Shown here piece by piece: positions 40,000 through 52,900 of a stretch of DNA of 64,000 nucleotides. Source of the DNA: the human T2T-CHM13v2.0 reference genome, Homo sapiens. Position 1 is the first letter of the stretch. Each line of letters opens with the position of its first letter. The DNA lies in contig CP086569.2 in the NCBI GenBank assembly GCA_009914755.4, positions 10,880,001 through 10,944,000 of the forward strand, written 5' to 3'. Both the position numbers and the translations under genes were made by a program. Below the pieces are notes generated by a model. It made no database searches. It worked only from the letters and a program-made list of their open reading frames with translations, and was not told the origin of the DNA.

Positions 40000-42900
40000 A
40001 GCTGACATTTCATTTCAATATTCCATCCCATTCCATACCATTCCACTCTACTCCACTCCACTCCACTCTATTCCATTCCGTTCCATTCCACTCCACTCCT
40101 TTCCATTCCTTTCCTTTCTTTTGACAGGATCTCACTCTATCAAACAGGCTGGAGTGTAGTGGCACAATCTCACCTCAAATTTCACTTCACCCTTCCGTTC
40201 CGTTCCGTTCCATTCCATTCCATTCCATTCCATTCCATTCCATTCCATTCCATTCCATTATACTCCATTCCACTCATCTCCACTCCATTGCTTTCCATTC
40301 CACTCCACTTCACTCCACTCCTTTCCACTCCACTACATTACATCCCATTCTGTCCCACTCCATTCCACTCCACTCCACTCCAATCTACTCAATTCCATTT
40401 CATTACGTCACATTCCATTCCGTTCCATTCCACTCCACTCCAATCCACTCAACTGAACTTTCTATTCCATTCCATTCCATTCTATTCCACTCCACTCAAT
40501 CCAATTCACTCCATTCCATTCCATCCCGTTTCATTCCACTCCACTCCACACCACTCCACTCCACTCCATTCCATGCCATTCCATCCAATTCCATTCTATT
40601 CCGTTCAATTCCAATCCATTCCTGTCCATTCCATTCATTTCGTTTCTTTTTAAATGATCTCCCTCAGTCACACGGGCTGGAGTTCGGTGGGAAAATCTGA
40701 GCTTCATTTCATTTCACCATTCCATTGCACTCCATTCTACTCCATTCCACTCCACCCCACTCCACTCCATTCCATTCCATTCCATCCCAATCCATTACAT
40801 TCCACTCCATTTCATTCCTTTCTTTTCTTTCATAAGGATATCAGTCTTTCACGCAGGGTGAAGTGGAGTGGCACAATCTCAGTTCACATTTTATTTCAAC
40901 TTTCCACTCTGTAGCATTCCATTGCAGTCCGTTTCTTTCCATTCCTTTATTTTACAGTATCTCACTCTGTCACTCCGGGTGGAGTGCAGTCGCATAATCT
41001 CAGCTCACATTACATTTCAGCATTGCATTCCATTCCATTCCACTCTATTCCATTCCATTCGTTTCCATTCAATTCCGCTCTACTCCACTCCACTGCATTT
41101 CATTTCATACCATTCCATTCCACTCCACTTCACTCTAATCCACTCAATTCCATTCCATCCCATGACATTCCTCTCCACTAAACTCCACTCCATTCCATTC
41201 CCCTCCATCCCGTTTCATTCCACACAACTACACTCCACTACACTCCATTTCCTGCCATTCCACCTCATTTCATTCCACTCCAATCCATTCCATTTGATTC
41301 CATTCCACTCCATTGCATTACATTCCTTTTTTTTTCCGACAGTATCTCACTCGGTCACACAGGCTGTTGTGCAGTGGCACAATCTCAGCTCACAATTCAT
41401 TTCACCATTTCATTTCACTCCATACCACTCTACTACACTGCACCACAATCCACTCCACTCCACTCCACTCCTTCCACTCCATTTAATCCAAATCCATTCC
41501 ATTCCACTCCATTCCATTCCATTCCTTTGCTTTCTTTCAATAGGATCTCACTCTGTCACACAGGGTGGAGTGTAGTGGCATAATCTCAGCTCACATTTCA
41601 TTTCAATATTCCATCCCATTCCATTCCATTCCACTCCACTCCCCTCCACTCCAGTCCACTCCACTCCATTGCACTGTATTCCATCCCAGTCCATTCCACT
41701 CCATTCTACACCACTCCACTCCACTCCATTGCATTACATTCCAATCAATTCCATTCCATCCCACTCCATCCCATTCCATTCCATTCCATTCCATTCCATT
41801 CCATTCCACTCCACTCCACTCCACTCCAATCCATTCCATCTCATTGCATTCCACTCCACTCCATTCCATGCCATTCCATCGAATTCCATTCTATTCCGTT
41901 CCATTCCAGTCCATTCCTGTCCATTCCATTCAATTCGTTTCTTTTGAAATGATCTCAGTCACACTGGCTGGAGTGCAGTGGGAAAATCTGAGCTCACATT
42001 TCATTTCACCATTCCACTGTACTCCATTCCACTCCACTCTACTCCATCCCACTCCACTCCATTCCACTCCATTCCATCCCAATCCATTCCATTCCACTCC
42101 ATTCCATTCCTTTCCTTTCGTCAGAATATCACTCTTTCACGCAGGGTGTAGTGCAGTGGCACAATCTCAGTTCACATTTCATTTCAACTTTCTACTCCAT
42201 AGCATTCCATTGCAGTCCCTTTCTTTCCATTCCTTTCTTTTGACAGGATCTCACTCTGTCACTCAGGGTGGAGTGCAGTCGTATAATCTCAGCTCACATT
42301 ACATTTCATCATGGCATTCCATTCCATTCCACTCGTTTTGTCTCCATTTCACTCTACTCCACTCCACTCCACTGCACTCCTTTTCATACCATTCCATTCC
42401 ACTCCACTTCACTCTAATCCACTCAATTCCATTCTATCCCATTCCATTCCGCTCTACTCCACTCCACTCCACTACACTCCATTCCATTCCACTCTATCCC
42501 GTTTCATTCCACACTATTACGCTCCACTACACTCCATTTCCTGCCATTCCACCCCATTTCATTCCTTTCCATTCCTGTCCATTTGATTCCATTCCACTCC
42601 ACTGCATTCCATTCCTTTTTTTCAACAGTATCTCACTCGGTTACACAGGCTGGTGTGCAGTGGCAGAATCTCAGCTCACAAAACATTTCACCATTTCATT
42701 TCCCTCCATACCACTCCACTACACTACACCACACCCCACTCCACTCCACTCCACTCCATTAAATCCAAATCCATTCCATTCCACTCCATTCCACTCCATT
42801 CCTTTGCTTTCTTTCAATAGGATCTAACTCTGTCACGCAGGGTGGAGTGCAGTGGTACAATCTCAGCTCACATTTCATTTCAATATTCCTTCCCATTCCA

Positions 42901-45400
42901 TTCCATTCCATTCCACTCCACTCCACTCCTCTCCACTGCACTCCATTGCATTTTATTCCATCCCAGTCCATTCCACTCTATTCTACACCACTCCACTCCA
43001 TTGCGTTACATTCCAACTGATTCCATTCCATCCCACTCCATCGAATTCCATTCCACTCCATTCCATTCCATTCCATTCCGTTCCATTCCAGTCCACTCCA
43101 CTCCACTCCAAATCACTCCAATCCATTCCATCCCATTTCATTCCACTCCACTCCATTCCATTCAATTCAATCCAATTCCATTTTATTCCATTCCATTCAA
43201 TTTGTTTCTTTTGAAAGGATCTCAGTCAGTCACACTGGCTGGAGTGCAGTGGGAAAATTTGAGCTTACATTTCATTTCACAATTCCATTACACTCCATTC
43301 CACTCCACTCCAACCCACTCCACTCCATTCCACTCCATTCCATCCGAATCCATTCCATTCCACTGCATTCCTTTCCTTTCCTTTCTTTCATCAGGATAGC
43401 ACTCTTTCACGCAGGGTGGAGTGCAGTGGCACAATCTCAGTTCACATTTCATTTCAACTTTCCACTCCACAGCATTCCATTGCAGTCCGTTTCTTTCCAT
43501 TCCTTTCTTTTGACAGGATCTCACTCTGTCACTCTGGGTGGAGTGCAGTCGCATAATCTCAGCTTACATTACATTTCAGGATTGCGTTCCATTGCATTCC
43601 ACTCCATTCCATTCCATTCCATTCCATTCCATTCCATTCCATTCCATTCCATTCCTTTCCACTCTACTCCACTCCACTGCCCTCCATTTCATACCATTCC
43701 ATTCTACTCCACTCCACTCTAATCCACTCAATTCCAATCCATTCCATTCCATTCCACTCCACTCCACTCTATTCCATTCCACTCCATCCCATTTCATTCC
43801 AACCACTCCACTTCACTACACTCCATTCTGGGACATTCCATCCCATTTCATTCCATTCCATTTGATTCCATTCCACTCCATTGCATTCCATTCCTTTTTT
43901 TCGACAGTATCTCACCCTGTCACACAGGCTGGGGTGCAGTGGCACAATCTCAGCTCACATTTCATTTCCCTCAGTACTATTCCATTCCACTTCACCACAC
44001 TCCACTCCACTCCACTCCATTAAATCCCAGTCCATTCCATTCCACTCCATTCCATTCCATTCCTTTGCTTTCTTTCGATAGGATCTCACTCTGTCACACA
44101 GGGTGGAGTGCAGTGGCACAATCTCAGCTCACATTTCATTTCAATATTCCTTCCCATTCCATTCCATTCCACTCCACTCCACTCCTCTCCACTCCACTCC
44201 ACTCCATTGCATTTTATTCCATCCCAGTCCATTCCACTCCATTCTACACCACTCCACTCCACTCCATTGCATCACATTCCAACTGATTCCATTCCATGCC
44301 ACTCCATCGAATTCCATTCCACTCTATTCCATTCCATTCCATTCCATTCCATTCCATTCCTTTCCATTCCATTCCATTCCATTCCTTTCCATTCCATTCC
44401 ATTCCATTCCGCTCCATTCCAGTCCACTCCACCCCACTCCAATTCACTCCAATCCATTCCATCCCATTTCATTCCACTCCACTCTATTCCATTCAATTCA
44501 ATCCAGTTCCATTTTATTCCATTCCATTCAATTTTTTTCTTTTGAAAGGATCTCACTGAGTCACACTGGCTGGAGTGCAGTGGGAAAATTTGAGCTTACA
44601 TTTCATTTCACAATTCCATTACACTCCATTCCACTCCACTCCAACCCACTCCACTCCATTCCACTCCATTCCATCCGAATCTATTCCATTCCACTGCATT
44701 CCATTCCTTTCCTTTCTTTCATCAGGATAGCACTCTTTCACGCTGGGTGGAGTGCAGTGGCACAATCTCAGTTCACATTTCATTTCAACTTTCCACTCCA
44801 CAACATTCCATTGCAGTCCGTTTCTTTCCATTCCTTTCTTTTGACAGGATCTCACTCTGTCACTCTGGGTGGAGTGCAGTCGCATAATCTCAGCTTACAT
44901 TACATTTCTGGACTGCGTTCCACTCCACTCCATTCCATTCCATTCCATTCAATTCCATTCCATTCCATTCCATTCCATTCCTTTCCACTCTACTCCACTT
45001 CAATGCCCTCCATTTCATACCATTCCATTCTACTCCACTCCACTCTAATCCACTCAATTCCAATCAATTCCATTCCATTCCACTCCACTCCACTCTACAT
45101 CACTCCACTCCACTCAACTCCGTTCAATCCCATTGCATTCCGCTCCATTGAACTCCACTTCACCGCACTCCACTCCACTTCGTTCCATTCCACTCCACCA
45201 CCTTCCGTTCTACTCCACTACAATCCACTGCAGTGCACTACTCTCCACTCCATTCTATTCCGCTCTATTCCATTCCATTCCTTTTCTTCTACAGGCTATA
45301 TCTTTGTCACTCAGGCTGGAGTGCAGTGGCACAATCTCAGCTCACATTTCCTTCACCATTCTATTCCATTCCACTGAATTCCATTCCATACCATTCTGCT
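40000..45400 (-). repeat. Tandem block of ~1.27-1.6-kb higher-order units, each made of about five Alu-segment-punctuated subunits (~200-330 bp)
   Basis: Anchor 'gggtggagtg.agtggca.aatctcagct.acatttcatttcaatattcc' recurs at ~40010, 41598, 42876, 44138 (spacings 1588, 1278, 1262). The in-phase sub-anchors 'ggagtgcagtcgcataatctcagct.acattacatttca' (40990/42280/43545/44880), 'agtgcagtggcacaatctcagttcacatttcatttcaactttc.actcca.agcattccattgcagtcc' (40880/42160/43430/44770) and 'ctggctggagtgcagtgggaaaat.tgagct' (40690/41975/43250/44580) recur with the same period. Confidence 0.7.
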
Positions 45401-46591
45401 TCATTCCATTACATTACGTTCCATTTAATTCCAATCTATTGCACTGCACTCCTCTCCACACTACTCCATGCCATTCCATTCTATTACATTGCATTTCAAT
45501 CCACTCCATTGAACTACATTCCACTCCAATTTTTTCCATTACATCCCGTTTCATTTCACTCCATTCCACTCCTCTCCACTCTACTGCATTCCACTCTTCT
45601 CCACTCTATTCCATTGGATTCCATTCCATTCGATTCCATTCCATTCCACTCCTTTCCTTTCCTTTCCATTCCATTCATCTCCATTCCATACCATTCCATT
45701 CCATTCCATTCCATTCCATTCCATTCCATTCATCTCTATTCCATTCCATTCATTCCTTTTAACATCATCTCACACTGTCACGCAGGCTGGAGTTCAGTGA
45801 TAGAAGCTCAGCTCACTTTACATTTCACCATTCCATTCCATTCCATTCCATTCCATTCCATTCCATTCCATTCCATTCCATTCCATTCCTTTGTGTTCCA
45901 TTCCACTCAACTGCACTAAATCCCACTCCACTCCACTCCCTTCAGTTCCATTCCATTCCATTTCATTCCATTCTATTCCATTCTGCTTCATTCCATTACA
46001 CTACGTTCCATTTAATTCCAATCTGTTTCAGTGCACTCCTCTCCACACTACTCCATGCCATTCCATTCTATTACATTCCAGTTCAATCCACTCCATTGCA
46101 CTACATTCCACTCCAATTTTTTCCATTACATCCCGTTTCATTTCACTCCATTCCACTCCTCTCCACTCTATTCCATTCGATTCCATTCCATTCGATTCCA
46201 TTCCATTCCACTCCTTTCCTTTCCATTCCATTCCATTCCATTCCATTCCATTCCATTCCATTCCATTCCATTCCATTCCATTCTATTCCATTCCATTCCA
46301 TTCCATTCCATTCATCTCCATTCCATTCCATTCCATTCCATTCCATTCCATTCCATTCCATTCATCTCCATTCCATTCCATTCCATTCCATTCCATTCCA
46401 TTCATCTCTATTCCATTCCATTCATTCCTTTTAACATCATCTCACACTGTCACGCAGGCTGGAGTTCAGTGATAGAATCTCAGCTCACATTACATTTAAC
46501 CATTCCATTCCATTCCATTCCATTCCATTCCATTCCATTCCATTCCATTCCATTCCATTCCTTTGTGTTCCATTCCACACAACTGCACTGA
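45247..46591 (-). repeat. Two tandem copies of a ~672-bp unit (single-copy paralog at ~32950-33600)
   Basis: '...ttaacatcatctcacactgtcacgcaggctggagttcagtgatagaa.ctcagctcac.ttacatttcaccattcc' and the following ~600 bp recur at offset 672. ORF tails '...FIPFNIISHCHAGWSSVIE.QLTLH.TIPFHS...FVFHSTQLH' end at 45919 and 46591. Confidence 0.75.
46222..46410 (-). repeat. Long (CATTC)n tract with 'cattcatctcc' variant units (paralog of 33251-33475)
   Basis: Same variant pattern as 33251-33475: 'ttccattcc' runs interrupted by 'attcatctcc'. Confidence 0.9.
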
Positions 46592-46999
46592 ATCCCACTC
46601 CACTCCACTCCCTTCAGTTCCATTCCATTCCATTCCATTCCATTCCATTGCATTCCATTCCATTCCATTCCATTCCATTCCATTCCATTCCATTCCATTC
46701 CATTTCATTCCATTCCACTCCATTCCAGTCCATTCCATTACATTCCACTCCATTCCATTCCTTTCCATTCCACTCCATCCCATTCCATTCAAATCTTTTC
46801 CACACGACTCCACTCCACTGCACTCCATTCCACAACACTCCACTCCTCTCCAATCAACTCTATTCCATTCCTTTTCATTTGATCCCATTCCATTCCACTC
46901 TGTTCCACTCCACTCCACTCCTTTCCTTTCCATTCCATTCCATTTCACTCCATTCCATTCAATTCTTTCCTTCGACAGGATCTCACTCTGTCACACAGG

Positions 47000-49900
47000 C
47001 TGGAGTGCAGTGGCACAATCTCAGCTTACATTACATTTCACCATTCCATTCCTTTCCACTTTATTCCACTCCACTCCACTCAAGTTCACTTCACTCATTT
47101 CCATTCCTTTCCACTGCACTCCACTCCACTCCTCTACCCTGCATTCCATCCCCTTCCATTCCACTCCATTCCCCTCCAATCCACTCCACTCCATTCCATT
47201 CCATTCCATTCCATTCCAATACACTCCAGTACATCACACACTTTTCATTCGACAATATCTCACTTTTTCCCCCAGGCTGGAATGCAGTGGCACAATCACA
47301 GCTCACCTTACATTTAACCATTCCATTCCATTCCATTACATTTCAGTGCATAACATTGTATTCCATTAGGTAACATTCCGTTCAGTTCTCTTCCACGCCA
47401 CTCCATTCCACTCCACTCCACTCCAGTCCACTCCAATCAACTTCATTCCATTCCATTCCCTCCCATTTCACTCCATTCCAAACCACTCCACTCCACACCA
47501 TTCCATTCCACTCCATTCCTTTCCTTTCCACTCCATTCCATTCCATTCCATTCCATTCCATTCCATTCCATTCCATTCCATTCCATTCCATTGCACTCCA
47601 TTACATCACATACTTTTCTTTCGACAATATCTCACTTTGTCCCCCTGGCTGGAATTCAGTAGCACAATCTCAGCTCACCTTTCATTTAACCATTCCATTC
47701 CATTACATTACATTTCAGTACATAACATTCTATTCCATTACGTAACATTCCGTTCAGTTCCATTCTACTGAACTCCATTCCACTCCACTCCACTCCAGTC
47801 CACTCCAATCCACTTCATTCCATTCCATTCCATCCCATTCCATTCCACTCCATTCCACTCCACTCCACTCCACTCCACTCCATTCTATTCCACTCTATTC
47901 TATTCCAATCCATTTTTTTCCATTCCACTCCATTCCATTCCACTCCATTCCACTCCATTCCATTAAACTCCTCTCTATTCCATTGCCTACTTTCGACAGA
48001 ATCTCGCTCTGTGACACAGGCTTGATTTCAGTAGCACAATCTCATCTCACATTTCATTTCACCATACCATTCCACTGCATTCCACTCCACTCCACTCCAC
48101 TCCACACCAATCCGCGCCATTCCACTCCATATCATTCCACTCCATTTCATTCCATTCATTTGTTTCAACAGTACCTCACTCTGTTACCTGGGCTGGAGTG
48201 CAGAGGCCCAACCTCAACTCACATTTCATTAAACTGTCCCATTCCATTCCATTCCATTCCATTCCATTCCATTCCATTCCATTCCATTCCATTCCATTCT
48301 ATTAAATTCCATTCCATTTCATGCTATTATATTCCATTCCACTCCACTCCACTCCATTACATTCCATTCCACTCAACTCTACTCCACTCCACTCCAGTCC
48401 ACTTCATTCCATTCCATCCCATTCCACTCCCCTCCACTCCATTCCTCCCAAATCCCCTTCCATTCCATTCCATTCCATTCCATTCCAATCCACTCCGCTC
48501 CACTCCACTCCACTCCACTCCATTCCATTACACTCCATTCCTCTCCTTGCCATTCCACTCCGTTCTTTTCACAGGATCTCACTTTGTCACCAAGGCTGGA
48601 GTAACATGGCATAATCTCAGCTCACATTTCATTTCAACATTCTATTGTAGTCCATTACAATGCATTCCATTCCATTCTATTTCATTCCATTCCATTCCAC
48701 TCCACTCCACTCTGCTGCATTCCATTCCATTCCATTTCACTCCGTTCCTCGCCAATCTACCCCACTCCTCTCCACTCCATTGTATTCCATTCCACTCCCT
48801 TCCATTGCATTCCTATCTTTCAACAGGATCTCACTCTGTCATCCAGGATGGAGTGCAGTGGCAAAATCTCAGCTCACATTTCCTTTCACCAATCCTTTCC
48901 ATTCCATTAAATTCCATTCCTTTCTCCTCCATTCCACTCCAGTCCACTCCACTCCGCTCCATTCCACTCCAGTCCACTCCACTCCAATCTAGCCCAATCC
49001 ACTCTATTCCACTCAATCCCTTTCCATTCCACGGAATTACAATCCAGTCCACTCCACTCCACTCCTCTCCATTGCATTCCATCATATTCCATTCCACTCC
49101 ATTGCAGTCCACTCCACTCCACTCCTCTCCACTCCATTCCATTCCATTCCATTCCTCTCCATTCCATTCCACTCCGATCCACACCACTCCACACGACTCC
49201 CCTCCACTCCATTCCACTCACCTCCACTCCATTCCATTCCACTCCACTACATTCCATTCGATTCCACTCCATTCCATTCCATTCCCCTCCATTCCATTCC
49301 ATTCCATTCCATTCCATTCCATTCCATTCCATTCCATTCCATTCCATTCCATTCCATTCCATTCCTTTGCATTCCATTCCATTCCACTCGTTTGCATTCC
49401 ATTCCTTTCTTTTGACAGGATCTCACTCTGTCACCCTGGCTCATGTACTCCATTCCACTCCATTCCATTCCATTCCATTCCCTTCCTCTCCATTCCATTC
49501 CACTCCAATCCACACCACTCCACACGACTCCCCTCCACTCCATTCCACTCAACTCCACTCCATTCCATTCCATTCCACTCCATTCCATTCCATTCCACTC
49601 CATTCCACTCCATTCCATTCCATTCCACTCCATTCCATTCCATTCCACTCTATTCCATTCCATTACATTCCATTCCACTCCTTTGCATTCCATTCCTTTC
49701 TTTTGACAGGATCTCACTCTGTCACCCTGGCTCACGTGCAGTGGCGTAATCTCAGTTCACGTTACATTTCACCATTGCATTCAATTCCATTTCCTTCCAT
49801 TTCCGTTCCATTCCACTCCAATCCACTCCACTCCAGTTCATTCAATTCCGCTCCATCCCATTTCATTCCACTCCAATCCACTCCAGTCCACTCCATTCCA

Positions 49901-52900
49901 TGCCTTTCCTTCCAATTCCATTCTACTTTATTCCTTTCCAATCCATTCTAGTCCATTCCATTCAATACTTTTCTTTTGAAATGATCTCACTCATTCACAC
50001 AGGCTGGAGTGCAGTGGGAATATCTGAGCTCACACTTCATTCCACCATTCCATTGCACTCCATTCCACTCCACTCCACTCCACCCCACTCCACTCCATTA
50101 AATCCCAATCCATTCCATTCCCCTCCACTCCATTCCATTCCACTCCATCCCATTTCATTCCACACCACTACACTCCACTACACTACACTCTCTGCCATTC
50201 CATCCCATTTGTCTCCATTCCATTCCATTCCATTTGATTCCATTCCACTCCATTGCATTCCATTCCTTTATTTCGACAGTATCTCACTCTGTCACACAGG
50301 CAGGAGTGCAGTGGCACAATCTCAGCTCACATTTCGTTTCACCGTTTCATTTCACTCCATTCCACTCCATTCCACCACACCACACTCCACTCCACTCCAC
50401 TCCACTCCATTCCACTCCACTCCACTCCATTAAATCCCAATCCATTCCATTCCACTCCATTCCATTCCATTCCTTTGTTTTCTTTCGACAGGATCTCACT
50501 CTGTCACGCAGGGTGGAGTGCAGTGGCACAATCTCAGCTGACATTTCATTTCAATATTCCATCTCATTCCATGCCATTCCACTCTACTCCACTCCACTCC
50601 ACTCTAGTCCATTCCGTTCCATTCCACTCCACTCCTTTCCATTCCTTTCCTTTCTTTTGACAGGATCTCACTCTATCAAACAGGCTGGAGTGTAGTGGCA
50701 CAATCTCACCTCAAATTTCACTTCAAACTTCCATTCCTTTCCGTTCCATTCCATTCAATTCCATTCCATTCCATTATACTCCATTCCACTCATCTCCACT
50801 CCATTGCTTTCCATTCCACTCAACTTCACTCCACTCCTTTCCACTCCACTACATTACATCCCATTCTGTCCCACTCCATTCCACTCCACTCCACACCAAT
50901 CTACTCAATTCCATTTCATTACATCACATTCCATTCCATTCCATTCCACTCCACTCCAATCCACTCAACTGAACTTTCTATTCCATTCCATTCCATTCTA
51001 TTCCACTCCACTCAATCCAATTCACTCCATTGCATTCCATCCCATTTCATTCCACTCCACTCCACACCACTCCACTCCACTCCATTCCATGCCATTCCTT
51101 CCAATTCCATTCTATTCCGTTCCATTCCAATCCATTCCTGTGCATTCCATTCAATTCGTTTCTTTTGAAATGATCTCAGTCACACTGGCTGGAGTGCAGT
51201 GGGAAAATCTGAGCTCACGTTTCATTCAACTCCACTCCACTCCACCCCACTCCACTCCATTCCACTCCATTCCATCCCAATCCATTGCATTCCACTCCAT
51301 TCCATTCCTTTCCTTTCGTCAGAATATCACTCTTTCACGCAGGGTGTAGTGCAGTGGCACAATCTCAGTTCACATTTCATTTCAACTTTCTACTCCATAG
51401 CATTCCATTGCAGTCCCTTTTTTTCCACTCCTTTCTTTTGACAGGATCTCACTCTGTCACTCAGGGTGGAGTGCAGTCGTATAATCTCAGCTCACATTAC
51501 ATTTCATCATGGCATTCCATTCCATTCCACTCGTTTTGTCTCCATTTCACTCTACTCCACTCCACTCCACTGCACTCCTTTTCATACCATTCCATTCCAC
51601 TCCACTTCACTCTAATCCACTCAATTCCATTCTATCCCATTCCATTCCGCTCTACTCCACTCCACTCCACTACACTCCATTCCATTCCACTCTATCCCGT
51701 TTCATTCCACACTATTACGGTCCACTACACTCCATTTCCTGCCATTCCACCCCATTTCATTCCTTTCCATTCCTGTCCATTTGATTCCATTCCACTCCAC
51801 TGCATTCCATTCCTTTTTTTCAACAGTATCTCACTCGGTTACACAGGCTGTTGTGCAGTGGCACAATCTCAGCTCATAATTCATTTCACCATTTCATTTC
51901 CCTCCATACCACTCCACTACACTACACCACACCCCACTCCACTCCACTCCACTCCACTCCATTAAAACCAAATCCATTCCATTCCACTCCATTCCACTCC
52001 ATTCTTTGCTTTCTTTCAATAGGATCTAACTCTGTCATGCAGGGTGGAGTGTAGTGGTACAATCTCAGCTCACATTTCATTTCAATATTCCTTCCCATTC
52101 CATTCCATTCCATTCCACTCCACTCCACTCCACTACTCTCCACTCCACTCCACTCCATTGCATTTTATTCCATCCCAGTCCATTCCACTCCATTCTACAC
52201 CACTCCACTCCACTCCATTGCGTTACATTCCAACTGATTCCATTCCATCCCACTCCATCGAATTCCATTCCACTCCATTCCATTCCATTCCATTCCATTC
52301 CAGTCCACTCCACTCCACTCCAATTCACTCCAATCCATTCCATCCCATTTCATTCCACTCCACACCAATCCATTCAATTCAGTCCAATTCTATTTTATTC
52401 CATTCCATTCAATTTGTTTCTTTTGAAAGGATCTCACTCAGTCACACTGGCTGGAGTGCAGTGGGAAAATTTGAGCTTGCATTTCATTTCACAATTCCAT
52501 TACACTCCATTCCACTCCACTCCAACCCACTCCACTCCATTCCACTCCATTCCATCTGAATCCATTCCATTCCACTGCATTCCATTCCTTTCCTTTCTTT
52601 CATCAGGATAGCACTCTTTCACGCAGGGTGGAGTGCAGTGGCACAATCTCAGTTCACATTTCGTTTCAACTTTCCACTCCACAGCATTCCATTGCAGTCC
52701 GTTTCTTTCCATTCCTTTCTTTTGACAGGATCTCACTCTGTCACTCTGTGTGGAGTGCAGTCGCGTAATCTCAGCTTACATTAGATTTCAGGATTGCTTT
52801 CCATTGCATTCCACTCCACTCCATTCCATTCCATTCGATTCCATTCCTTTCCACTCTACTCCACTCCACTGCCCTCCATTTCATACCATTCCATTCTACT

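Larger units (their letters stand above)
37150..45400 (-). repeat. Large paralogous block, copy 1 of a ~10-kb segmental tandem duplication (copy 2 = 47000-55500)
   Basis: Collinear near-identical stretches are offset by 9.8-10.5 kb: 37213~47037, 37881~47983, 38563~48660, 40159~50695, 41565~52044, 42842~53271. The offset drifts because of internal indels and duplications. Confidence 0.7.

Noticed and set aside
48907-49377. Minus-strand ORFs made of 'MEWNGMEWNG...' (up to 162 aa), superficially Trp-rich repeat proteins
   Set aside because: Reverse strand (GGAAT)n reads GGA ATG GAA TGG AAT = G M E W N with an ATG every 5 codons and no stops. They are purely an artefact of the pentamer.
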